A DNA stretch of 64,000 nucleotides, taken from assembly GCA_905480125.1 (NCBI GenBank), contig CAJQPE010000002.1:989-64988 (forward strand), read 5' to 3'. Below are positions 35,620-44,620 of this stretch, in pieces. The notes under the pieces were generated by a model. It worked only from the letters and a program-made list of their open reading frames with translations, had not been told where the DNA came from and did not search any database. This DNA comes from an uncultured Flavobacteriales bacterium. Lineage in GTDB: Bacteria > Bacteroidota > Bacteroidia > Flavobacteriales_G > NORP312. A program made the position numbers and the translations under genes. Every line of letters begins with the position of its first letter. Within the stretch, counting starts at the first letter, position 1.

Positions 35620-36117
35620 ATGTTTAGCCCACTTTTCAAAGCCAATCTGCGTCTAACGATTTTTTCCATTTGGAAAATTCCGTTAATCTTTTTCTGTAAG
35701 CCGAAAATCTTACGTCAAGATGATATCACAACAGTTGTTCGAATCACCTTAAGAAGACGAACCAAAAACCATCTAAATAGTATGTATTTCGGAGTGCTTG
35801 CGGTTGGTGCAGACATAACTGGGGCGTTTACCGCATTTGATAAGGCAGAAGCAATGGGGAAACCTGTTTCGCTTGCGTTTAAAGATTTCCATGCAGACTA
35901 TTATATGCGTGCGGTTGGTGACGTTTATTTTACTTGTGACGATGGTAAACTGATTGACGAAATGTTGGACGAAACAATTGAAACAGGAGAACGAGTCAAT
36001 AAACCAGTTACGGTTATTGCTAAGTGTCCAGATGTTAGTGATGATGTAGTTGCGAAATTCGTTTTGACTCTATCCTTAAAGCACAAGAAAAAGAAGCTAA
36101 AGGCCTCCTCTATATAG
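35620..36117 (+). CDS. Hot-dog-fold protein (DUF4442/PaaI-like putative thioesterase)
   Basis: The 165-aa protein has a pattern (YFGVLAVGADITG ... YFTCDDG ... VTVIAK) that resembles the DUF4442 family as I remember it. It sits between hemCD and hemB on the same strand. Confidence 0.45.
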   Translation: MFSPLFKANLRLTIFSIWKIPLIFFCKPKILRQDDITTVVRITLRRRTKNHLNSMYFGVLAVGADITGAFTAFDKAEAMGKPVSLAFKDFHADYYMRAVGDVYFTCDDGKLIDEMLDETIETGERVNKPVTVIAKCPDVSDDVVAKFVLTLSLKHKKKKLKASSI

Positions 36118-36134
36118 CAAAAAAGATACACTCA

Positions 36135-37103
36135 ATGAGCATTAGACCCAGAAGACTGAGAACTACACCAATCATGCGTAACATGGTTGCTGAAACGAGA
36201 TTGAGTTCAGATATGTTCATCTATCCTTATTTTGTTGTTCCCGGTTCTGGACACAAAGAGGAAATTGGTGCAATGCCCGGAGTTTATCACTTCTCAGTTG
36301 ATGAGCTATTGAAAGATGTTGAAAAAGGACTAAAGCACGGTATTAATAAAGTGCTTTTATTTGGTGTTGGCGAAGAAAAATCAGAAGATGGAAGCTCTTC
36401 TTCTGGAGATGGATCTATTGTGCCGAAAGCAGTTTCTGCTTTAAAAAATAAGTTTGGTGATGACCTTATGGTGATTACAGATGTGTGTGTTTGCGCATAT
36501 ACCGCCCACGGGCACTGTGGTGTGTTAGAAGAGGGGTATGTACTAAACGATGAAACGCTTGACGTACTGGTTGCCATGGCATTATCACATGCAGAAGCTG
36601 GTGCTGATGTCGTTGCGCCATCAGATATGATGGATGGCCGCGTAGAAGCTATTCGTGATGGGTTAGACGATAACAGTTTCGAAAACGTTGCAATTATGTC
36701 TTACTCTGTAAAGTTTGCCTCAGCGTATTATGGCCCGTTCCGTGAGGCGGCAGATTCTGCTCCCGGACAAGGGGATAGAAAAAGCTACCAAATGGATTTC
36801 CGAAACCGAAGAGAGGCGATGAAAGAAGCTGACCTTGACGAAACAGAAGGTGCAGACATACTAATGGTAAAACCAGCATTAGCTTACTTAGATATAATTA
36901 CAGAAGTACGAGAGCAAACCAATTTGCCATTAGCGTGCTACAATGTTTCAGGAGAATACTCAATGGTTAAAGCTGCGGCAAAACAAGGTTTAGTAGATGA
37001 GCAAGGCATTGTCATGGAAAACATGTATGCTTTTGCTCGTGCTGGGGCAGATATCATTATTACCTACCACGCAAGAGACATTATGGACAAGGGTTGGTTG
37101 TAA
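36135..37103 (+). CDS. hemB: Porphobilinogen synthase (delta-aminolevulinate dehydratase), zinc type
   Basis: It has RPRRLR near the N-terminus, the Cys-rich zinc site DVCVCAYTAHGHCG and active-site lysines in MVKPA and the SYSVKFAS context. Confidence 0.92.
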   Translation: MSIRPRRLRTTPIMRNMVAETRLSSDMFIYPYFVVPGSGHKEEIGAMPGVYHFSVDELLKDVEKGLKHGINKVLLFGVGEEKSEDGSSSSGDGSIVPKAVSALKNKFGDDLMVITDVCVCAYTAHGHCGVLEEGYVLNDETLDVLVAMALSHAEAGADVVAPSDMMDGRVEAIRDGLDDNSFENVAIMSYSVKFASAYYGPFREAADSAPGQGDRKSYQMDFRNRREAMKEADLDETEGADILMVKPALAYLDIITEVREQTNLPLACYNVSGEYSMVKAAAKQGLVDEQGIVMENMYAFARAGADIIITYHARDIMDKGWL

Positions 37104-37760
37104 TTAGTATTTGTAATGAATGGAATCAGGGACCAGTTTTTGGGTTGATTCTTCTAGCGTTTTAACAATCACACCATTAGATAAAATCTTGTATTCTTCA
37201 ATTTTATCAATGTAATCCCAATATGGTTGGTAATCGGATTTAATAATGGCCCGACCCATAATATTCGTATAAACCGTAAAGGTTGAGTCATTAATAAATT
37301 TAGCCTGAGAAGACTCCGAACCGTTCTCCCAACCACAATCAACAACCAACGGAACTTGCGATATTACAGAGTCTTTTTTATTTGTTGTTTTTAAGTATTG
37401 GAATGCCCCACAGTCACCACCTTCATCAATAATGAAAACTAGAGCGTCAAACTTAGAAGAATAAGTAATATCACAATAGTAGAGCTCAATTCCTGAAAAT
37501 CGTTCTCGATTAGGATTTAAATGTGGTAATGAATCACCCCGATAAGAGAACGAAGCAAACTCCAACGCCCCTTTGCAAGGAAACAACTTCTTGTTCAAAT
37601 GATTTAAGTCTGGGTAATAAGTCATCTGAAGCTTTTCCGTTTTTATTTCCTTAACTATTATAGTGTCTGAAACTGCATCCAAATGCTCACCCTCTTTATT
37701 CTCTTCCTCTGCACATGAACAGAGTAACAACAAGGGAATTATTAAAAATAAATATCTCAC
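37104..37760 (-). CDS. Orphan lipoprotein, last gene of the type III PKS operon
   Basis: The lipobox is IIPLLLLCSC. It has a GTG start in a GTGA overlap with the MMPL stop. No domain recognised. Confidence 0.55.
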   Translation of the reverse strand: MRYLFLIIPLLLLCSCAEEENKEGEHLDAVSDTIIVKEIKTEKLQMTYYPDLNHLNKKLFPCKGALEFASFSYRGDSLPHLNPNRERFSGIELYYCDITYSSKFDALVFIIDEGGDCGAFQYLKTTNKKDSVISQVPLVVDCGWENGSESSQAKFINDSTFTVYTNIMGRAIIKSDYQPYWDYIDKIEEYKILSNGVIVKTLEESTQKLVPDSIHYKY

Positions 37761-40000
37761 TTCTTCTTGATCGGAAAAATCAACAGCAAAGCTGGTAATA
37801 AAACGAGGTCTGAGAGCACAGCAAACAGCAGCGTAAGCGAAATTAGAATGCCGATATTTGCTGTACCCAAAAAGTCAGAGAGGGCAAGGGTTAAAAACCC
37901 ACCACATAAAATTAAAGAAGTAACCACAATTGCTTTCCCTGTAGAGAGGTAAGATCGTTTTATGGCGTATAACATCGTTTTACCTTGTTGTAATTCATGC
38001 CTTAGCTTACTTAAAAAGTGAATGGTATCATCCACTGCAATGCCAAAGGCTATGGTAAATATTATCGCGGTCGACATTTTAAGGTCAATGCCCAAAAAAC
38101 CCATAATTCCGCCAATCATGACGAGCGGTAAAATGTTTACGATTATTGAGAATATGACTAGTTTAAAAGACCTAAACATTAAAAAAACGATTATTGCAAT
38201 TACCCCAAATGCTATCATCAGGCCTTGTAATACATTCTTTGAGATGTAGCTATTATTGATGTCAATAAGGTGTGCGGTGCCCGTAATGTTAAACCCGATT
38301 ACTCCTGCATGCACTTTCATGTACTCGGCAAGTTTGGCGTCTTGCTCTGCTAATCTGTAGCTACCAACATCTGCAGTGCGGCCCGCAATTCTGGCTGTTC
38401 GTGCATCGTCAGACACTACAGAAGATATGATATCCAGCTTCTGCAGTTCTTTTACAATTTTATTGAGCTGCTTTTCTTTCTCTGGTAATTTGTAGAACTT
38501 CTGCTTACCGCCATGTTGGGCTTTATTTGCTGCTTTAATAATCGCAACAGGGCTTAATACAAATCCTAATTCATGTTCCGTTTGCAAATACGTTTCAATT
38601 GATTCCAATCTTTGCAATACGTTAGCATCGTATATTGTTTTGTTGCTATCCTCCACCCAAATCGATAATTCATACGGTCGGCAGCCATCGAAGTTTTTCT
38701 CAATAAACCGGAAGCCTTGTTGTAGGTAATTATCCTCCTTAAGGTCTTCCAGTAAATGATTGTTTAAAATGATCTTTGAGCATCCCAATATGCTCAAGCC
38801 CATAATAACCACAAATCCAGCGATACTCAGCCCTTTATTTCGTATAAGCCACCTAAACATTATGTGCAGTATTCTATACCAAAACGTTTCTTTGTTTTCT
38901 ACTTCAGCAACCTTCAAGGGCTTGGTTAATAGCATAATAGCAGGCATCAAGGAGTAAGTTAAAACTAAGGCGAAAACAACTCCACAAGCCACGTAAATTC
39001 CCAAATCTATAATTGGCGTTATACTAGACGTGAGAAGTGTTAAAAAACCGATTGACGTAGTTAACGAAGTAAAAAAGGTAGCCAAACCGACTTCTTTGTA
39101 GGCTATAGTTATTGCCTCATCTTGTGGCTTTCCTTTTCGAAGCTCTTCTATGTACTTTGAAATAAGATGAATCGCATCTGATAAGCCTATCACTAGCATT
39201 ATGGTTGGCAAAATGCTTAAGATCATGTCAATCTTTTTACCTGTAAGCTCCATTAGGCCCGTCGTCCAAATTACTGCTGTAATTATTACCACTGCAGGAA
39301 CCCATACCCCCCATATAGATCGATAAGATACGGTCAAGAAGAGTACAATTAATAAAATTGAAGCGCCAACAAAAATGACTAGCTCTTTCTGCAATAAGTT
39401 TATATAATATTCTTGGGCATCGCATCTTCCTGCAATATGATGTTCGGAAAAATTGAATTCACCAAGAATTTCATTAGTGTTTTCCGATAACCTTCTGCAT
39501 CCTTCTTCAGGTAGTTTTGAAGTATGTCTTACGTAAATTAATATAGATTTTCCATCTGCAGAAAAGTAGCTGTCGGCCAACTCTGGTGAGTTAAATATTC
39601 TAGCCGAATCGGATTCGTATTTGCGCGGTTTATCGAAATGGAGATATGGGATGTTGTTTAAAACTCCAAAAAGTGGGTCTCTTATAGGAAAGGTAATGTT
39701 GGTAGGGGAAATTACATATTCAGTCCATGTCTGTTCTTCAAGCTTCTTCGTTAAGTTGTTAAGCTGAGCCAGAAAATCTTCTTGAAAAACTCCTTTTTCA
39801 TTTCTAATCGCAATTAAAACATAATCGTTGTCGGTAATAAATTGGTCGCGATGTTCTAAGAACTTTCTAGTTGCTGGATCATCCTTTGGAAAAAACATTT
39901 CGAAGTTATAATCGAACTCCAGTTGTGCAGCACGCCAACCCATAAATGCCGTTATTGCGGTTATTACGAAGATGATTATTATACTAGCTTTCCTATACAT
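37757..40000 (-). CDS. MMPL/RND-superfamily exporter (predicted lipid exporter)
   Basis: The 747-aa protein has two blocks of about six TM helices each, separated by soluble loops. This is the layout of MMPL-type 'predicted exporter' proteins seen in aryl-polyene/flexirubin-type clusters. Confidence 0.7.
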   Translation of the reverse strand: MYRKASIIIIFVITAITAFMGWRAAQLEFDYNFEMFFPKDDPATRKFLEHRDQFITDNDYVLIAIRNEKGVFQEDFLAQLNNLTKKLEEQTWTEYVISPTNITFPIRDPLFGVLNNIPYLHFDKPRKYESDSARIFNSPELADSYFSADGKSILIYVRHTSKLPEEGCRRLSENTNEILGEFNFSEHHIAGRCDAQEYYINLLQKELVIFVGASILLIVLFLTVSYRSIWGVWVPAVVIITAVIWTTGLMELTGKKIDMILSILPTIMLVIGLSDAIHLISKYIEELRKGKPQDEAITIAYKEVGLATFFTSLTTSIGFLTLLTSSITPIIDLGIYVACGVVFALVLTYSLMPAIMLLTKPLKVAEVENKETFWYRILHIMFRWLIRNKGLSIAGFVVIMGLSILGCSKIILNNHLLEDLKEDNYLQQGFRFIEKNFDGCRPYELSIWVEDSNKTIYDANVLQRLESIETYLQTEHELGFVLSPVAIIKAANKAQHGGKQKFYKLPEKEKQLNKIVKELQKLDIISSVVSDDARTARIAGRTADVGSYRLAEQDAKLAEYMKVHAGVIGFNITGTAHLIDINNSYISKNVLQGLMIAFGVIAIIVFLMFRSFKLVIFSIIVNILPLVMIGGIMGFLGIDLKMSTAIIFTIAFGIAVDDTIHFLSKLRHELQQGKTMLYAIKRSYLSTGKAIVVTSLILCGGFLTLALSDFLGTANIGILISLTLLFAVLSDLVLLPALLLIFPIKKK

Positions 40001-40562
40001 TTATTGACTGTTTTTGATAGGCAAAAGATCCCCAATTATAGTCATGGCTCAAAGATAATAGGTAGTGTTGGTTCTCCAACTTCAGGGTGGGCACATTATT
40101 TTCATCTTTACTTATTTCAACTTGGTCAACATCACAGTTATTGAAAGATGCAATTTTTGTTATTACTTGCTGATGGAAATTTTTTTTGCATTCAAACACA
40201 AAATGTTCAATCCTTTGTAATCCGGTCTCTATAGAGGAACATGCTGCATGAATATATTCTTCTGTAAACTCAACTTTACTATACATAAGTCCTGCTGGGG
40301 TTTTTACAGTTGCTTCCTTCCCATCAAAAGATAATACTTCAAATTGTTTTGGTAACACAATTACTTTGGGAATAACTCTAAAATAAGCTTTATAGGCACT
40401 TTCTTTCAATGTCCAAAAAAAACCCTCAACATGCTGTATGTTAAGGGTTTTGATTAGCCGAATTTCGTTTTCGGTATATGTCTTATTGTAGTAGCGCTGG
40501 TTTCTGTCTCCCTTGCGCGTTTTCAAATGGGCGATAGATATTACATCGTTACCTAGACTCAC
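39993..40562 (-). CDS. 4'-phosphopantetheinyl transferase
   Basis: It has GNDVISI near the N-terminus, FWTLKESAYKA ((W/F)xxKE(A/S)xxK motif) and SLSHD. It is 189 aa, has a GTG start and abuts the ACP stop. Confidence 0.7.
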   Translation of the reverse strand: MSLGNDVISIAHLKTRKGDRNQRYYNKTYTENEIRLIKTLNIQHVEGFFWTLKESAYKAYFRVIPKVIVLPKQFEVLSFDGKEATVKTPAGLMYSKVEFTEEYIHAACSSIETGLQRIEHFVFECKKNFHQQVITKIASFNNCDVDQVEISKDENNVPTLKLENQHYLLSLSHDYNWGSFAYQKQSINV

Positions 40563-40820
40563 TTATGCAGCTGAATCGACACTTGCGAAAATCGTATCCA
40601 CAGAGTCTTTTACTGTGATCATTTTTTCTACAGAATCATCGTCAATCTCAATATCAAATGCTTCTTCAACATCTAAAACAACATCAATAAGATGAGCAGA
40701 ATTAATTTTAAGGTCTTGCAATAGGTCTGTTGCTTCAGAAATGTTACCGAAAGCCTCCATGTCTTGAACATATGGCTTAATGATTTCTGCTAATTTATCT
40801 TTTATTTCTTCTCTCTCCAT
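40563..40820 (-). CDS. Acyl carrier protein
   Basis: The 85-aa acidic protein has a phosphopantetheine attachment region DLKINSAHLIDVVLDVEEAF, comparable to the canonical DLGxDSLD.VEL...E..F. Confidence 0.8.
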   Translation of the reverse strand: MEREEIKDKLAEIIKPYVQDMEAFGNISEATDLLQDLKINSAHLIDVVLDVEEAFDIEIDDDSVEKMITVKDSVDTIFASVDSAA

Positions 40821-40824
40821 GATA

Positions 40825-42105
40825 TTATTTATTATTCCATTTTTTAAATATAATACAGCAATTTACATCTCCAAATCCAAAGCTTGATTTTGCAATCACC
40901 TCAAAGTTAGTTGTTTCCATAAGGCTATGAGGAATTTTATTTTTACTGATTACTTTTTCTATTTCAGGATGTATGTTCTCACTGTTTATCGATGAATGAA
41001 AAAACCCACCCTCTAATTGAAGCAATGCAGCAACGCATTCTATTGAACCTGCTCCAGCTAAGCAATGACCAATCATCGACTTCAACGAATTAATGTGTGG
41101 AAAATCATCCCCTTTTCTTCCTAGTGCTTTGCTCCAATTATCTACTTCAATCACATCGCCCATAGTAGATGTTAAGTGGCCGCAAATAGCATCAATATCA
41201 TTAGGTGAAATGCCTGACGAATCAATCGCCTGACGAATACATCTTTTTACCCCATCAGGATTTGGAGCAGTCATAGAGCCTTCTCCTCTTTGTCCACCTG
41301 AGTTAACTGCAGTTCCTATTATTTCACCATAAATTTTAGCACCTCTTGAAAGTGCAGAATCTAACTCTTCTAAAACCAGGGCTCCCCCGCCAGCTCCTGG
41401 AACAAAACCGCTAGCTTCTTCACTCATTGGACTAGAACCTTTTTCGGGAGTTTCATTGTTTTTTCGGTTTAAAACACGCATAGAGTCAAAGCCTCCCCAG
41501 ATATATGGGCCTTCACTATCACAACTTCCTGCAAGCATTCTTTTTGCTTTACCTGATTTAATTCTGTCATAGCACATTGTTATTGCTTCTGATCCTGTAC
41601 TGCATGCCGAAGAGTTAGTTGTTACTTGGTTCCCTAATCCTAAAATTCCTCCCATGTATGCACTAATTCCACTAGCCATCGTTTGCTCAACAATTCTACT
41701 ACCTAATCTCCTAACTTTAAGAGCATCAACTCCATAAATGGCATCGCGTAAAGCATCAACTCCTGTTAATCCCGATCCAAATACACAACCTGAATCCCAA
41801 TCTATTTCATTATCAGAACTTACATCAAAGCCTGCATCTTTCCATGCGTCAATTCCCGCAATACAGCCATAGATAATGCCTGTACTTTTTAATACTTTAA
41901 CCGTTAATTCATCAAAATATTGGTGTTTCAATTCTTCTGAAACATCTGGTATTCCGGCTATTTGACAAGAAAATTTAAGGTCTCCTAATAATGGGATTTT
42001 CTCAATGCCTGATTTTCCTGCTCTAATTGCCGATCTAAAATTTTCTAATCCTGTTGCGTTTGGCGCCACAACCCCAAGACCGGTAACTACAACTCGATTA
42101 TTCAT
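40825..42105 (-). CDS. Beta-ketoacyl-ACP synthase (FabF/FabB-like elongating KS)
   Basis: The active-site Cys lies in NSSACSTG, and the two His residues lie in ICGHLTST and MIGHCLAGAG. The N-terminus VVVTGLGVVAPN is typical of the family. Confidence 0.85.
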   Translation of the reverse strand: MNNRVVVTGLGVVAPNATGLENFRSAIRAGKSGIEKIPLLGDLKFSCQIAGIPDVSEELKHQYFDELTVKVLKSTGIIYGCIAGIDAWKDAGFDVSSDNEIDWDSGCVFGSGLTGVDALRDAIYGVDALKVRRLGSRIVEQTMASGISAYMGGILGLGNQVTTNSSACSTGSEAITMCYDRIKSGKAKRMLAGSCDSEGPYIWGGFDSMRVLNRKNNETPEKGSSPMSEEASGFVPGAGGGALVLEELDSALSRGAKIYGEIIGTAVNSGGQRGEGSMTAPNPDGVKRCIRQAIDSSGISPNDIDAICGHLTSTMGDVIEVDNWSKALGRKGDDFPHINSLKSMIGHCLAGAGSIECVAALLQLEGGFFHSSINSENIHPEIEKVISKNKIPHSLMETTNFEVIAKSSFGFGDVNCCIIFKKWNNK

Positions 42106-42566
42106 TACTCTTTAACAAACATTCCAGACAAAGTGCCAGAGCAAATCAACTCCCCTGAAGGAGTTTCCATTTTCACGTCACAACAAAGTTTCTTCATTCT
42201 AAAATATTTCTTTGTTGAAGAAACAATCACTTTGTCTCCTGGTTCAACTATTCTTCTAAAATTAACTTCTGAAGAAGTAAATAATGTTTTGCAATTTTCA
42301 CCACCTTCACCAGCTTGGTTTAAAATGAAAATGGCCATAGCCACCAATCCAATTTGAGCCATGCATTCTGTTAAAATAACGCCCGGCGTAACGGGAAACC
42401 CAGGAAAATGACCCGCATAGAAAAATTCATCTTCACGAAAAGTATAACATCCTGAAATAAAGTCTTCGTTTACCTCAAAAATCTCGTCAATAAATCGAAA
42501 GGGCTTTTGTTGGGGAATAAGGCTAAGAATTTTCTCCTCTATGGATGAATCGATAACTTTTTGCAT
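42105..42566 (-). CDS. FabZ/FabA-like 3-hydroxyacyl-ACP dehydratase (hot-dog fold)
   Basis: It has the catalytic His motif YAGHFPGFPVTPGV and the Glu in ILTECMAQIG. The stop overlaps the KS start by 1 nt (TAATG). Confidence 0.8.
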   Translation of the reverse strand: MQKVIDSSIEEKILSLIPQQKPFRFIDEIFEVNEDFISGCYTFREDEFFYAGHFPGFPVTPGVILTECMAQIGLVAMAIFILNQAGEGGENCKTLFTSSEVNFRRIVEPGDKVIVSSTKKYFRMKKLCCDVKMETPSGELICSGTLSGMFVKE

Positions 42567-42593
42567 ACAATTTTAGTTTGAAAAGTCGTAAAG

Positions 42594-43472
42594 CTAAGCA
42601 ATTTGTTCGCCACCATCAACATTTATTATAGTCCCGTTAATCCAAGTGGCTTCATCAGTCGATAATAAATAAACAACATTGGCAACGTCTTCTGGCCGTG
42701 TAAGTCTGTGAAATGGATTTCTTATGACTGAGTGCTTTATTATCTCTTGACTTCCGGGGATCATTCTTAATGATGGAGTATCTGTTACGCCAGCTTGAAT
42801 AATGTTGGTTCTAATGCCGAATGGTGCTAGCTCTAAAGCCATTGAGCGTGCCATTGCTTCTAATACTGACTTAGCTGCCGATACTGCTCCGTATGCTTTC
42901 CAGGCTTTTTTGTTTCCTTCGCTTGTTAGGCCGATTATCCTAGCGTCTGCCGAGAACAAACCTCTCTCCCTAACTTCGTTTGCCCAATCTAAAAGACTAG
43001 ATCCCATAGCATAAATAGTCATTTGATAGTCCTCTTGATTCAGCAGACGGCTGTCGTCCATTGCCTCTGGCAACTCTAGTGATGCTGTGTCAATCTCTAA
43101 ATCTTCTAAAGATTTTTTAATGATTGCTGATTGATCTATGTTTGGTGCAAGCAATTTAAGGTTTCCCCTTGCTATTGAATGCAGCATTACTCGGATTTTT
43201 CCTCCTGATTTTTCTAGCTCTAAGGCTAAATCATCAAGGATTTTTTTTCTGCCAGCATCAACTAGGGCGTCCGCATTAAAAGAAATTATATTTGCTCCTT
43301 CTGCTCTAAGTTTGTCAAATATTGCTTCTGCTGCTTTTGCACCTCCTCGTCTTTCTCGATAAGCGACACAAACACTCAGGCCTTTATTTGCTAATTTTTT
43401 TACCGAAGCTAAGCCTATGCCGCTTGATCCGCCGAGGATAAGTGCCCAATTATTATTATTTGATGTGCTCAT
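42594..43472 (-). CDS. SDR-family reductase with a FabL/FabI-like Y-x6-K catalytic spacing and an internal insertion
   Basis: The cofactor motif is LILGGSSGIGLA. The catalytic region AYGAVSAAKSVLEAM has Tyr and Lys seven positions apart (classical SDR is YxxxK). About 35 extra acidic residues lie between HSIARG and LNQEDY. Confidence 0.7.
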   Translation of the reverse strand: MSTSNNNNWALILGGSSGIGLASVKKLANKGLSVCVAYRERRGGAKAAEAIFDKLRAEGANIISFNADALVDAGRKKILDDLALELEKSGGKIRVMLHSIARGNLKLLAPNIDQSAIIKKSLEDLEIDTASLELPEAMDDSRLLNQEDYQMTIYAMGSSLLDWANEVRERGLFSADARIIGLTSEGNKKAWKAYGAVSAAKSVLEAMARSMALELAPFGIRTNIIQAGVTDTPSLRMIPGSQEIIKHSVIRNPFHRLTRPEDVANVVYLLSTDEATWINGTIINVDGGEQIA

Positions 43473-43537
43473 TATGTTTTGCTTCTTTACTTCGAATTAC
43501 AAGGGTCCTTGTTCCAGAAAATAGAGTTAATTCAGGG

Positions 43538-44617
43538 CTATTCCCATCTTAATAATGCTGTTTGTGCGGAAAAACCCGGTCCAAAACTTAACATTAATCC
43601 ATAGTCGCCTTTTTTAATCTCCTTCTTTAAAAATCTTTCCATCACAAAAAGAACTGTTGCGCTAGACATATTGCCAAACTGATCTAAAACAGCTTTGGTC
43701 TCGTCAATGTTTTTGCCAATCTTTCCAATTAAATCCTCCACCATTACAACAATTTTCTTGCCTCCTGGGTGGAAAATAAAATGCCCTAAATCAGCAACCT
43801 CGATGTTGTTTTTCTCTAAGAAAGGAAAAATGATTTTTGGAAAATGTTCTTCGATTTTATTAGGAACAGCTGGGTCTAAGATAATGTGAAGACCGGAGTT
43901 CTTCAGTGCAAAACCCATCATATGTAATTCATCTCTAAAGTGATACATCTGCGTATCGATTACCGCTGGACGAACCTTGTTGGTGTCGCCCATAATCATG
44001 CAAGATGCTCCATCTCCAAAAATTGCAGAGCTAACCGCATTGGTCATCGAATAATCTTCCGTTTGAAACGTAGCCGTAGGAGATTCAAATGCAACAATGG
44101 CAACTTTTTTACCTGGATTTGCCTTTAAGATATCATTCGCATATATTGTTGCGGAAACTCCCGCAGCACAGCCCATTTCAGTAATTGGCATGCGGACAAC
44201 ATCGGTTCTCATGTCTAACCTGTTGATTAAGTATGCGTCAACAGAAGGAATCATAATTCCTGTGCAACTTGTTGTAATAATGTAATCGATATCGGTAGCC
44301 TGTAATTCGGCTTTTTTAAGTGCATTAACCAATACCTCTTCGCATAAATCAATACCCCGTTCCATATAGATATTATTGCGCTCTTCAAAAGTCATGGTAG
44401 TAAACACTTCGTCGATATTCATAATTGAATATCTCTTAGACACTCTAGCGTTTTTAAAAACCTTGATGAATCTTTTCCTTGTTCTCTCGTCTTGGTCGGC
44501 AATCCAGCGCTCGACATATTTGATAATATCTTCGGTATTTTCCGAGTTTTTTGGAGTTGCAGATGCTACTGCTAATACTTTAGGATTCATTCGCTGATAT
44601 TTCCGCAAAAGTGCCAT
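43538..44617 (-). CDS. Type III polyketide synthase (chalcone/stilbene synthase superfamily)
   Basis: The Cys-His-Asn triad context is ITTSCTGIMIPSVD, FIFHPGGKKI and FGNMSSATVLFV, with C-terminal SFGPGFS. It is 359 aa. An alternative start is Met10 (44590). Confidence 0.85.
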   Translation of the reverse strand: MALLRKYQRMNPKVLAVASATPKNSENTEDIIKYVERWIADQDERTRKRFIKVFKNARVSKRYSIMNIDEVFTTMTFEERNNIYMERGIDLCEEVLVNALKKAELQATDIDYIITTSCTGIMIPSVDAYLINRLDMRTDVVRMPITEMGCAAGVSATIYANDILKANPGKKVAIVAFESPTATFQTEDYSMTNAVSSAIFGDGASCMIMGDTNKVRPAVIDTQMYHFRDELHMMGFALKNSGLHIILDPAVPNKIEEHFPKIIFPFLEKNNIEVADLGHFIFHPGGKKIVVMVEDLIGKIGKNIDETKAVLDQFGNMSSATVLFVMERFLKKEIKKGDYGLMLSFGPGFSAQTALLRWE

Positions 44618-44620
44618 TTA

